Shown: in pieces, positions 28,431 through 37,819 of the stretch
How the letters are laid out: the number at the start of each line of letters is the position of its first letter
Position numbering within the stretch: the first letter of the stretch is position 1
From: an uncultured Bacteroidota bacterium
GTDB taxonomy: Bacteria; Bacteroidota; Ignavibacteria; Ignavibacteriales; Ignavibacteriaceae
Reading direction: 5' to 3'
Length of the DNA stretch: 64,000 bases
NCBI GenBank assembly: GCA_963740945.1
Contig: CAVUGE010000029.1
Location: 6,066-70,065, forward strand
Made by a program: the position numbers and the translations under genes
The notes under the pieces: model-generated
The model's input: the letters and a program-made list of their open reading frames with translations, nothing else
What the model was told of the DNA's origin: nothing
The model's database searches: none

Positions 28431-29375
28431 ATGATTGAAGAAAATTTAAAGCTTGAAGATCTTCTTGGAAAAAATAGTTTTAATGATGAGGGTATTAATT
28501 CAGTAGCGATAATTGGTGCCGGAGTAATGGGGCAAGGGATAGCACAAACTATTTCCTCTTCAGGTATTGAAGTCACTATAATTGAAAAGAATAAATCAAA
28601 ACTGGACAGTGCCAAAGAATCTCTATCCGATTCTATTGATAATGAAATAAAAAGATGGGCCTTAACGCAGTCTGAAAAGAGGGCAATTTTCGGTAGAATT
28701 AGTTGGGAATCATCAATTGAAAAAGTTAGAGAATGTGATTTAATTATTGAAGCTGTGGATGAGGATTTCGAATTAAAAAAAGAAATTTTTATAACTATTG
28801 ATAACCTTGCACGCAAAGAAACTATCTTGGTTTCTAATACATCAACATTAAGTTTAACAAAAATAGCTGAGTGCACGCAAAGGAGTGATAAAATAATTGG
28901 TATGCATTTTCTAAATCCTGTGCCGAAAGTTCCTCTTGTAGAATTAGTTAAATGTTTATATACATCAAATGAAACTGTAGAAAAAATAAAGGTTTTTGCC
29001 GCAAGAATAGGTAAGACTGCTGTAGAGGTATATGAGTATCCTGGATTTGTTACAACACGGGCTATAGTTCCATTGCTCAATGAAGCTATGTATATACTTC
29101 TTGAAGGAGTAGCCACAGCTAAAGATATAGATACTGCTATGAAACTGGGCTATAATTTTCCGTATGGCCCTTTAGAAATGGCAGATATGATGGGGCTTGA
29201 TGAAGTACTTGCATGGATGGAAACTCTCTGGAAGACTTTAGGGGAACCGCGTTACCGTGCATGTCCTATTTTACGTAAACTCGTCAGAGAGAAAAAACTT
29301 GGTAAAAAAACCCGTGAAGGTTTTTATAAATATGATGAATCAGGAAAAATAATATCACAAGGGGAAAAGTTATGA
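28431..29375 (+). CDS. hbd: 3-hydroxyacyl-CoA / 3-hydroxybutyryl-CoA dehydrogenase
   Basis: NAD-binding IGAGVMGQGIA, NTSTLS and GFVTTR blocks, C-terminal dimerisation domain. Confidence 0.85.
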   Translation: MIEENLKLEDLLGKNSFNDEGINSVAIIGAGVMGQGIAQTISSSGIEVTIIEKNKSKLDSAKESLSDSIDNEIKRWALTQSEKRAIFGRISWESSIEKVRECDLIIEAVDEDFELKKEIFITIDNLARKETILVSNTSTLSLTKIAECTQRSDKIIGMHFLNPVPKVPLVELVKCLYTSNETVEKIKVFAARIGKTAVEVYEYPGFVTTRAIVPLLNEAMYILLEGVATAKDIDTAMKLGYNFPYGPLEMADMMGLDEVLAWMETLWKTLGEPRYRACPILRKLVREKKLGKKTREGFYKYDESGKIISQGEKL

Positions 29376-30583
29376 AAGTTCTGGTTTTAAATTCCGGGAG
29401 TTCTTCTATTAAATACCAATTTATAGATACTAAAACAAAAACCGCTCTTGCTAAGGGTGTTGTCGATAGAATCGGGATGAGCGGAGCAGTATTAACCCAT
29501 TCAAGATATGATGGTGATAAAATCAGGATTGCCGGTGAAATTCTTGACCATACGAGTGCCATTCAATATGTTATTGGTGTGATGCTTAGTAAAAATCACG
29601 GAGTAATTGACGATAAGGATGATATCGATGCGGTTGGTCATAGAGTTGTACACGGAGGTGAAACATTCTCCGAGTCTGTATTAATTACTCAAGAAGTTAT
29701 TCGGGTACTACAGGAAAATATTGAACTGGCCCCATTGCATAATCCTTCAAACATAAAAGGGATCCAAGCTGTAGAGAATATTATGCCCGGTAAACCGCAG
29801 TGTGCTGTTTTTGATACGGCTTTCCATGTTAAAATGCCTCCGAAAGCTTACCTATACGGAATACCCTACGAACTTTATAAAAAATATAAAATACGAAGAT
29901 ATGGTTTTCACGGAACTTCACATTTATATGTTTCCAATAAGGCTGCAGAAATTTTAAATAAAAATATAAATGAACTTAAAGTAATCACCGCTCATCTAGG
30001 CAACGGCTGCAGTATGGCTGCTGTAAACAAAGGAAGATCTGTTGATACATCAATGGGTTTTACACCGTTAGAAGGTTTACTTATGGGAACTAGAAGCGGA
30101 GATATTGATCCCTCACTGATTTTATATATTATGGGAAAAGAAGGATTGGCCTTAAATGAAGCATCAACTTTGCTTAATAAACATGGAGGATTAATCGGTA
30201 TAAGCGGCGAAAGCAGTGATATGAGAGAGATCCTTATAGCAATTAAGGAAAATAATAAGAGAGCAAAGTATGCTTTTGAGGTCTTCTGCTATAGGATAAA
30301 GAAATATTTAGGAGCTTATACCGCAGCAATGGGAGGATTAGATGTATTTATTTTTACAGGCGGAATCGGTGAAAATTCTCCGGATGTAAGGAAAGAAGTA
30401 TTAAGCGGAATGGAATTTTTTGGCATCGAGCTAGATGAGGAACGGAATAAAAATAATGATATTAAGATTTCAAGCGATTCATCAAGAACAACAGTCCTTC
30501 GAATTCCAACAAATGAAGAGCTTGTTATCGCGATGGATACCGGTGAGATAGTAAAAAATATTGTTGAAAAAAATATTGATTAA
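29372..30583 (+). CDS. ackA: Acetate kinase
   Basis: MKVLVLNSGSSSIKYQ N-terminus, RRYGFHGTSH and FTGGIGENS blocks; 4-nt overlap with hbd. Confidence 0.9.
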   Translation: MKVLVLNSGSSSIKYQFIDTKTKTALAKGVVDRIGMSGAVLTHSRYDGDKIRIAGEILDHTSAIQYVIGVMLSKNHGVIDDKDDIDAVGHRVVHGGETFSESVLITQEVIRVLQENIELAPLHNPSNIKGIQAVENIMPGKPQCAVFDTAFHVKMPPKAYLYGIPYELYKKYKIRRYGFHGTSHLYVSNKAAEILNKNINELKVITAHLGNGCSMAAVNKGRSVDTSMGFTPLEGLLMGTRSGDIDPSLILYIMGKEGLALNEASTLLNKHGGLIGISGESSDMREILIAIKENNKRAKYAFEVFCYRIKKYLGAYTAAMGGLDVFIFTGGIGENSPDVRKEVLSGMEFFGIELDEERNKNNDIKISSDSSRTTVLRIPTNEELVIAMDTGEIVKNIVEKNID

Positions 30584-30704
30584 ACAAATCTACTTTCATA
30601 GAATTATTATTTTGAATAGACAGAATATTTAAAACTGTAGCCGAAACGGTTTTATTATATTGAGATATTTTGTATAATAATTTTACTAATTTTTTATTTT
30701 ATAA

Positions 30705-31478
30705 ATGCCTTCAATTCATCATACTTCAGTTATAGATCCGGGTGCAGAAATTTCGGAAGATGTGGAAATTGGACCCTTTTGCTTTATAGAGGGAGATGTT
30801 AAGATTGGAAAGGGGACTAAACTTCTCAATCATGTTACAATATATAATGGTGCGAGATTAGGTGAAGATAATATAATATTTCCCGGTGCAGTTATCTCGG
30901 GTATTCCTCAGGATTTAAAGTATAAAGGGCAACGTTCAGAAGTTGTTATCGGAAATAAAAATACAATCAGAGAGTGTGTAACAATAAGCCGGGCAACTGT
31001 AGAACCCTTTAAAACGGGTATAGGCAATAATTGTTTACTTATGGCTTATTCGCATGTTGCCCATGATTGTCTTTTAGGTGATTATTGCATCTTAGCAAAC
31101 TCGGTAGCGTTAGGCGGTCATGTAACCGTTGAGGATTATGCAATCTGCGGCGGTTTAGTTGGTATTCATCAATTTGTAAAGATCGGGAAACACTCTATGA
31201 TCGGAGCTCATTCCATGGTTGTTAAAGATGTGATTCCCTTTTCATTGTTTTCCGGAGACCCTTTAAAATACGCCGGCTTAAATACTACCGGATTAAAAAG
31301 ACGCAATTTCTCTCCTGATTCTATTGAATTCATGAAGAAAGCTTTTAATATACTTTTTAACTGTAAGTTAAATGTTTCCCAGGCAGTAGAAAAAATTGGA
31401 AATGAACTTCCGCAAACTGAAGAATTAAAAAATTTAGTAAATTTTATTAAGAACAGTAAACGAGGTATTTCAAAATAA
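30705..31478 (+). CDS. lpxA: Acyl-ACP--UDP-N-acetylglucosamine O-acyltransferase
   Basis: Left-handed beta-helix hexapeptide repeats through the N-terminal two thirds, LpxA-type C-terminal helical domain (GLNTTGLKRRNFS), typical length. Confidence 0.85.
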   Translation: MPSIHHTSVIDPGAEISEDVEIGPFCFIEGDVKIGKGTKLLNHVTIYNGARLGEDNIIFPGAVISGIPQDLKYKGQRSEVVIGNKNTIRECVTISRATVEPFKTGIGNNCLLMAYSHVAHDCLLGDYCILANSVALGGHVTVEDYAICGGLVGIHQFVKIGKHSMIGAHSMVVKDVIPFSLFSGDPLKYAGLNTTGLKRRNFSPDSIEFMKKAFNILFNCKLNVSQAVEKIGNELPQTEELKNLVNFIKNSKRGISK

Positions 31479-31503
31479 TAATTATATTTTAATAATGAAT
31501 ATA

Positions 31504-31652
31504 TAATTAACTGAAGTTACGCAAACATTGTCATTCTGAACGGAACGGAGTGGAGTGAAGAATCTCAAAACTTTAATTTTTAAACTATTTTATTATGTTT
31601 TATTTGCTCAATTATAAAAATATTTATATTGCGTAACATCAGTAATTAATTA
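31504..31652. repeat. MITE/REP-like element, family 2 (TAATTAACTGAAGTTAC termini)
   Basis: Left end TAATTAACTGAAGTTACGC (31504-31522), core GTCATTCTGAACGGAACGGAGTGGAGTGAAGAATCTC, right end GCGTAACATCAGTAATTAATTA (31631-31652) as imperfect inverted repeat. Related copies at 38629 and 54549. Confidence 0.7.
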
Positions 31653-31683
31653 AGCCTTTTTATAATTTAAACTAAGTATTTAT

Positions 31684-32472
31684 ATGGATTTAGGATTAAA
31701 AGGAAAAGTTGCCCTGGTAACTGCTGCCAGCAAAGGAATAGGGAAAGCAATAGCTATATCTCTCGCCGCTGAAGGATGTGAAATTTCAATTTGTTCCAGA
31801 ACGAAAGACGATCTTTTAGGTTGTGTCTCGGATATTAAAAGATTATATGGAATTGAGCCCTGCTGGAGCGTTTGCGATTTAAATAAACTGCAGGACATAG
31901 AAAATACTGTTGCTTCGACAAACAAACAATTAGGCAAGATAGATATACTTATCAACAACTGTGGCGGTCCTTCTGCAGGTAGCTTAAAAGATCTAAGTGA
32001 AGAAAATTGGCAAGCCGCTTATGAGCAGATTCTATTGAGTGTGGTTAGATTTTGTAATCTTGTAACCCCTGATATGATAGCGAAAGAATGGGGAAGAATC
32101 ATTAATATTACTTCTGTTGCTGCAATACAACCTATAGAAAATTTAATGCTTTCAAATAGTATACGAAATGCTATAATTGGTTTCGCAAAGACTCTAAGCA
32201 ATGATATTGCAAAGTTCAGCGTGACTGTAAACAATATTGCACCCGGATACACACTAACCAACCGTCTGTATGAATTAGCCGTAAATGAAGCAAAAAAGAA
32301 GGGGATTTCACATGAAGAGATTTTAGTTAATATGGCAAAAGATATCCCTATGAACAGGCTCGCTCGACCCGAAGAGATAGCATCGGCTACAACATTCCTG
32401 GCTTCTACACAGGCAAGCTATATTACAGGCAACACAATCCAGGTAGATGGAGGATGGATTAGGGGGATTTGA
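31684..32472 (+). CDS. SDR-family oxidoreductase (FabG-like)
   Basis: Cofactor-binding VTAASKGIGKAIA and NNCGG block, typical ~260 aa SDR length. Confidence 0.8.
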   Translation: MDLGLKGKVALVTAASKGIGKAIAISLAAEGCEISICSRTKDDLLGCVSDIKRLYGIEPCWSVCDLNKLQDIENTVASTNKQLGKIDILINNCGGPSAGSLKDLSEENWQAAYEQILLSVVRFCNLVTPDMIAKEWGRIINITSVAAIQPIENLMLSNSIRNAIIGFAKTLSNDIAKFSVTVNNIAPGYTLTNRLYELAVNEAKKKGISHEEILVNMAKDIPMNRLARPEEIASATTFLASTQASYITGNTIQVDGGWIRGI

Positions 32473-32487
32473 ATAAAAGTTCCGTAG

Positions 32488-32504
32488 CGCGAAACTCCGT
32501 TTCG
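32488..32504. terminator. Short hairpin between convergent genes
   Basis: GCGAAAC-TCC-GTTTCGC. No clear T tract, so function is uncertain. Confidence 0.3.
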
Positions 32505-32550
32505 CAAGATGTATTTCCTTTAATAGAAAGTTAGCTACGAATTCTGCGTC

Positions 32551-34005
32551 TTATTTTAACAAAACCATCTTAATAGTCCTACTGTATTCTTTACCGGAAA
32601 TCGAACTCACATAAAGTTTTGCATAATAGACACCGGAACTATTATTTACTGCGCTCCATTCCACTTCATATTTTCCTGCAGGTTTGATTTCGTTTTCTAA
32701 AACATCTATTACACTGCCTAGAATATCCGCAATCTCAATTTTAATCTTACTTTCTTCAGAAAGAATAAACTTTATATTTGTTGAGGGGTTAAAGGGATTA
32801 GGGTAATTTTGAAATAGTTCGAAATTATCGGGGCTGCTGTCTAAATCTTTTATTCCTGTTGAGGTTGATTTAAATTTATAGATGTATCCGTCAAAGTCGC
32901 AAAAATAAAGTTCATTATTCTGATCAACTCCAAATGCTGTTATTTGACCTGGTGCTTTCAATAAAAATTCATTTTTGGGTGAACTTCCGGCAGCATCCAG
33001 AGCCCAGATATTAGATGTACAATAATCCGCATAAATATATTTTCCTGTCAGCTGTGGAATGGAATTTCCACGGTATACATATCCGCCGGTAATGGAACAA
33101 TTACCGGAGCTATGATCGTATTCCCATATAGGTAATGTTAGTCCTGCAGTATCGCAATTAGAGGAATTGTAGCAATGCTTACCTTCCATAATGTTCCAGC
33201 CGTAATTTTTCCCGTTTTGAATTGTATCGATTTCTTCCCAAAGGTCCTGACCTACATCTGCACACCATAATTTACCTGTTAAGTTATCAAAGCTAAACCG
33301 CCAGGGATTTCGCAAACCATATGCATAAATTTCTTTTTTATAACCTAGTGAATTTCCAGCAAATGGATTTGAGGAAGGAATGGAATAATTCGAATTACCG
33401 CTTTTAGAATTAATATCTATCCGGAGTATCTTACCTAAAAATGTAGTGAGGTTCTGCCCGTTATTAAATGGATCTCCGCCGGAGCCCCCATCTCCAAATG
33501 AGATATATAAGTATCCTTCAGGGCCAAAAACTACCTTTCCACCATTGTGATTTGCGAAAGGCTGATCCTGAGTAAGTAAAATTAATTCACTATTTATATC
33601 AGCCGAATCCGGATTGGAATTAGAGACTTGATATCTTGCAACGACTGTGTGCCTATTAGGTTTTGTAGACGTATAGTCAACATAAAAGAAACCATTTTGT
33701 GAATAGTCGGGATTAAAAGCTAATCCAAGCAATCCCATTTCACCACCGCTGGCAACTTTATTACTTATATCCAGGAATACTTTTACTGAAAAGATCTTAG
33801 AATCATTTTGAAAAACTTTTATAATACCTGACTGTTCAACAATAAATATTCTGTTTGTCCCGTCGCCAGGTATTTGAAAGTCTACAGCATTTAAAAAAGA
33901 CAAACTAGGGAAAGCTTTTACGATTTCATATTGTGCAAAAGTTTTATTTCCATAATAAATAAAGATTAAAAGTAAAAAAAATATTTTAACGTTTTTTATG
34001 GTCAC
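32551..34005 (-). CDS. PQQ-dependent sugar dehydrogenase (soluble glucose/sorbosone dehydrogenase family) with T9SS C-terminal sorting domain
   Basis: Signal peptide, beta-propeller blocks (GLLGLAFNPDY, HNGGKVVFGPEGYLY, YAYGLRNPWRFSFD), C-terminal FQNYPNPFNPSTNIKF...KMVLLK typical of Por/T9SS secretion tails. Confidence 0.8.
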   Translation of the reverse strand: MTIKNVKIFFLLLIFIYYGNKTFAQYEIVKAFPSLSFLNAVDFQIPGDGTNRIFIVEQSGIIKVFQNDSKIFSVKVFLDISNKVASGGEMGLLGLAFNPDYSQNGFFYVDYTSTKPNRHTVVARYQVSNSNPDSADINSELILLTQDQPFANHNGGKVVFGPEGYLYISFGDGGSGGDPFNNGQNLTTFLGKILRIDINSKSGNSNYSIPSSNPFAGNSLGYKKEIYAYGLRNPWRFSFDNLTGKLWCADVGQDLWEEIDTIQNGKNYGWNIMEGKHCYNSSNCDTAGLTLPIWEYDHSSGNCSITGGYVYRGNSIPQLTGKYIYADYCTSNIWALDAAGSSPKNEFLLKAPGQITAFGVDQNNELYFCDFDGYIYKFKSTSTGIKDLDSSPDNFELFQNYPNPFNPSTNIKFILSEESKIKIEIADILGSVIDVLENEIKPAGKYEVEWSAVNNSSGVYYAKLYVSSISGKEYSRTIKMVLLK

Positions 34006-37000
34006 TTGTTTTACTCTTAGCAGTCTGCCGGCTGCCGGATTTTACAGCTTTATTATTTTTCTTAACTGGAATTTCTTTTCTTTGATTGTCAATTATTTTT
34101 ATAAATTCATCAACTTTATATGCTGATTTTTCCGAAGCTTTTCTTAGTCTTTCAAAAAATTCAAAAGATTTCTTAAATTCTTTCTTGAAATCAGTTATAA
34201 TGGCTGATGTATTTTCATTACTTAATTCAGTTGTGTCAGATTTTCTTTTCTTCTTAAGACTATTCTTCAAATAATTCATACTATTAAGTGTGAAAATCCA
34301 GTCCAATAATTGCTCCATTCTTTCTTTGTTGAAGTATCTTACACCTTCAAATTCATTTACATTTAAGTAACCGGCAGCTTCTCTGTGAAAAAGATCCGAA
34401 ATTAACTGCTCTTCAGCCGAAACTTCTTTCCCTGTTTTTTTATTGTTGCCTGAATTGTTATTATATATAATAAAATTATTTCCATCCGAAGAAAAGAATT
34501 TAACTAAAGCTGACTGCTCATATATCTTTTGATGACTATGTTGCAGTGCAAGTAAAACTTCATCGATAGGTTTATTTAACCGTAATTCATTAAATGTGAC
34601 GATTCCTTTTTTAACATCAGCAATTGTATTATTTAAAACAGTGATCAGAAAAAATATTTCCCTGTTTTCTTTTGTATTATTTCCATTAAATATTGTTGTC
34701 CTTGAAACGGCATCTTTAAACCACTGGTTACTATTCTTTTTCTTTAATTCGTTTTCAATAACAAAAGAAATGTTTTGACAGACATTCATATCTTCTTTGA
34801 TATTTTTAAGAATATAATCTTTATCAAATGGCTGGTGTTTAAAATTTTCAACATGCTTTAAAAAATTATTCAATTCATTATTGATTTTTTCAGGTATACC
34901 ATTTGTACTGGATTGAGAAGGAGGAGAGAAGCAGAATTTATTAAATTCTTCGATAACTGACGATTCATTTAATTCTTTAAAGGAATTATGAACCGGTGAT
35001 AGGTTCAATTCAATGAAGGACTGTTCTATTGAATAAACCCCGCTATTTCCAATCAGTCTTTTTAATCGTTCATAATCACCATTAGAGTCATAAAACTCTT
35101 TAAAATCCAGTAGAACCCTGTATTCGTAGCCTTGAAGTGAAAAATAAGTTCCAAAATCGTTAATATCTTTTCCGTTGAAAAGATATTCAAGGTTGGTTTT
35201 ATGGTCTCTGAATGAATAAAAATACTTATGATCATCCTTAAGTTCCAAAGCATCTGCCAGCTTTTTATTATTTAGATTACCGTTATTTATTTTGTTTACG
35301 GAATAATTTATAGTACCGCTGCATTCGTGATAAGAATTATTATATACAACCAGAGCTCTTTCTTCATTCGATTTATTTGAAAAAACAAAAACATTTTCAT
35401 TTATATTTCCAAAATTGTCAATGAAATCATACAGTTCGAAATTTTTTACCTGGCTGAATAAATATCTTTTCTTCATCAGGGGGAAAATCTCATATTCATG
35501 CCTGCTTACCAGGTTATCATCAATGAACTCATCATAATAAGCCCGTTTATATTCCATGCCGTACTTTTCAGAAAACCCTTCAATTTGTCCATGAGCAAAC
35601 ATTGGTAAACCCGGTAAAGTAACCATAAGCATAGCGATACCGAAATATTTGTCTCCTTTACCGAACTGGTTAACAGCGGTTTCTTCATCCGGATTGCTCA
35701 TAAAGTTTACATAGCGTTTTAATATTTCCGGATTAAATTCAATAGTATTCCTAATTAATTCTCTATACTTATTATTTTCTTCTTTCATAAGCATATGCAT
35801 AAAAGCACTGTTATAAACGCGGTGCATACCTAAAGTTCTTACAAAATAGCCTTCCATCAGCCAGAAAGCTTCGGCAAGAAGCAAAGTATTCGGCATTTCA
35901 TTATTGATTCTATCAACGACTTCCCTCCAGAATTCAACAGGCATTACTTCATCAAAAGCAGAGCGGGTCATTGAATAATCGGAACGGGATGGAATTGCTC
36001 CGCCGGTTCCCGGTTGCGGAAACCACAAGCGCTGGTAATGCTTTTTTGAAAGGGTCATTGCCGCATCAAAACGAATGATTGGAGTTTTCCTTGCAACATG
36101 CATTATAGTTTGAATAAGAGATTCTCTGACTTCTGGATCCAGAAGGTTAAGCTGGGCGGTATCATTCCATGGCATATGAGTCCCGTCATTTCCATGATAA
36201 ATATATCTGGTGTCTCCGGTATACGAATCCCTCCTTTGGAAAACGACCGCTGCATCTTCTCTTGAATAATATTTGTCCTCTATCCGGACTTCCACCCTCT
36301 GGTCATCAGATAAGTTAGGTCCGTAAAATGTATATCCGGGATATGGAGGATAGCTAGTTTGTATAAAATAATTTGGCTTTTCAGTCACCCATTTAGAATA
36401 TATTCCTGTATGGTTGGGAACCATATCGCTAGCCATTCTAATACCTCTTCGCCAGGCTCTGTCTTTCAAATTTTGAAAAGCCTCTTCACCGCCAAGGTCG
36501 TGTGCTATTACATAATCATACAACGAATAAGCTGAAGCGACTGCATCAGGGTTCCCGGTATAATGTTTTATTTTTTCTGAGGCGCTGCTTCTTTCCCAGA
36601 TTCCTATCAGCCATAATGCGGTAAAATTCCATTTAGCCAAATTGTCAAGCTCTTCATCAGGAACCTGATCTAACCTTGTTATGGCTCTCTGATATTTTTT
36701 TGAGAGTTGATCAAGCCAGACATATGAATTTTTGGCAATCATAACAACACTTGGCATCCAGTCGGTATCTGCAGTAAACTTCTCAGCTTCAGCATTGTAA
36801 AATCTTTTTTCACTTTCGCTGAGCTCCTCACCCATCAACAATTTATTTCTTATCATTTGCAGATATTCTGCATCATATTTATAAACGGGAACGGGCGGTG
36901 TACCTTTTCCTCCTCCAAACTGCAGAAATAATTTAAGATCTTCATTTATTAAATCTTTACTTTTTAAGATTCTATCTTTGAACTTATCATAAATGTAAAT

Positions 37001-37711
37001 GCCCCATTTTTCTAAAATATAATCTAATTGTCCTTCGATATTATACGGACTTGCAACTATAGGTTTGCGTAAGAATTGGAAGAGGGGAAGATTTTCTGAT
37101 CCCAACGGTTTCTCAGTTATGAAAAATTGTTCTGTTATATCAAGTGTTTCAATATATTTTGATTTTTTAGAAAGTGTTTTGTCCGTGTATAATTCTTCAA
37201 GACTCGTTGTTGCAGGATTACTGTTTTCAAGCTGAAGAATAATCAATTCCTCCAGAATAATTTCTTTATTAGGTTTTCCTCCTGTATTGGCAGTTAGGTA
37301 TTCTTCGGAAGTTATTTTCCCTTTAAAAACTTCTAGAGGGGGGAATTCATTAAGATATTCCAATAAAACCTTATTAATCTCTTTTTCTTCCAGATGCAAG
37401 AAGAGATATTTTATGCTTCTATCCAGAACACCGGGATTTTCTCTTTCTTCATAAATTCTAATCAGGTAATGAAAAATTTCATGAAGGAGACCTAAAGCAT
37501 TTAAATTGCCGGATGCAACAAAATTATGGGAATTTCCTTCAGATTTTCTTTTAGTATTTATCTTCTCAGATAAGACCCTTGCCTGGTGAAAATTGGCAAT
37601 AATTAAATCTCCGTTAAGTGAAAAGAGTGATTTATCGAAATTATATTTATTTCGTGCAGCTTTTGAAACATGAAAATTATATTTAATACTTTGAAATTTA
37701 GAATTCATCAT
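33986..37711 (-). CDS. Large alpha-amylase-family (GH13-like) protein with uncharacterised N- and C-terminal extensions
   Basis: 1241 aa. Central blocks resemble GH13 regions I-IV (GIRMASDMVPNHTG; PIIRFDAAMTL; LLLAEAFW; FMSNPDEE). No signal peptide seen. About 330 aa N-terminal and about 480 aa C-terminal have no motif I recognise. Confidence 0.65.
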   Translation of the reverse strand: MMNSKFQSIKYNFHVSKAARNKYNFDKSLFSLNGDLIIANFHQARVLSEKINTKRKSEGNSHNFVASGNLNALGLLHEIFHYLIRIYEERENPGVLDRSIKYLFLHLEEKEINKVLLEYLNEFPPLEVFKGKITSEEYLTANTGGKPNKEIILEELIILQLENSNPATTSLEELYTDKTLSKKSKYIETLDITEQFFITEKPLGSENLPLFQFLRKPIVASPYNIEGQLDYILEKWGIYIYDKFKDRILKSKDLINEDLKLFLQFGGGKGTPPVPVYKYDAEYLQMIRNKLLMGEELSESEKRFYNAEAEKFTADTDWMPSVVMIAKNSYVWLDQLSKKYQRAITRLDQVPDEELDNLAKWNFTALWLIGIWERSSASEKIKHYTGNPDAVASAYSLYDYVIAHDLGGEEAFQNLKDRAWRRGIRMASDMVPNHTGIYSKWVTEKPNYFIQTSYPPYPGYTFYGPNLSDDQRVEVRIEDKYYSREDAAVVFQRRDSYTGDTRYIYHGNDGTHMPWNDTAQLNLLDPEVRESLIQTIMHVARKTPIIRFDAAMTLSKKHYQRLWFPQPGTGGAIPSRSDYSMTRSAFDEVMPVEFWREVVDRINNEMPNTLLLAEAFWLMEGYFVRTLGMHRVYNSAFMHMLMKEENNKYRELIRNTIEFNPEILKRYVNFMSNPDEETAVNQFGKGDKYFGIAMLMVTLPGLPMFAHGQIEGFSEKYGMEYKRAYYDEFIDDNLVSRHEYEIFPLMKKRYLFSQVKNFELYDFIDNFGNINENVFVFSNKSNEERALVVYNNSYHECSGTINYSVNKINNGNLNNKKLADALELKDDHKYFYSFRDHKTNLEYLFNGKDINDFGTYFSLQGYEYRVLLDFKEFYDSNGDYERLKRLIGNSGVYSIEQSFIELNLSPVHNSFKELNESSVIEEFNKFCFSPPSQSSTNGIPEKINNELNNFLKHVENFKHQPFDKDYILKNIKEDMNVCQNISFVIENELKKKNSNQWFKDAVSRTTIFNGNNTKENREIFFLITVLNNTIADVKKGIVTFNELRLNKPIDEVLLALQHSHQKIYEQSALVKFFSSDGNNFIIYNNNSGNNKKTGKEVSAEEQLISDLFHREAAGYLNVNEFEGVRYFNKERMEQLLDWIFTLNSMNYLKNSLKKKRKSDTTELSNENTSAIITDFKKEFKKSFEFFERLRKASEKSAYKVDEFIKIIDNQRKEIPVKKNNKAVKSGSRQTAKSKTSDHKKR

Positions 37712-37819
37712 TAACCCTCAATACATACTATTTTAGTTTTTTCAATAGATAATATAACAAATCCTGACTGAAGATTTGGTGGGAAAGTTAACAGATTGGA
37801 GAAAAGTTCAAGAGCAAGT

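Noticed and set aside
28391-29116. 241-aa ORF antisense to the 3-hydroxyacyl-CoA dehydrogenase gene. Similar long antisense ORFs occur at 41442-41975 (mutS), 19604-20074 (gap), 48992-49411 (aguB/aguA), 60316-60714 (cusA), 1507-1878 (htrA) and 21052-21354 (pgk).
   Set aside because: These are shadow ORFs opposite strongly supported genes. Their composition is Ser/Ile/Phe/Leu-rich and low-complexity, they have no recognisable motifs, and their frames mirror the sense-strand codon structure.
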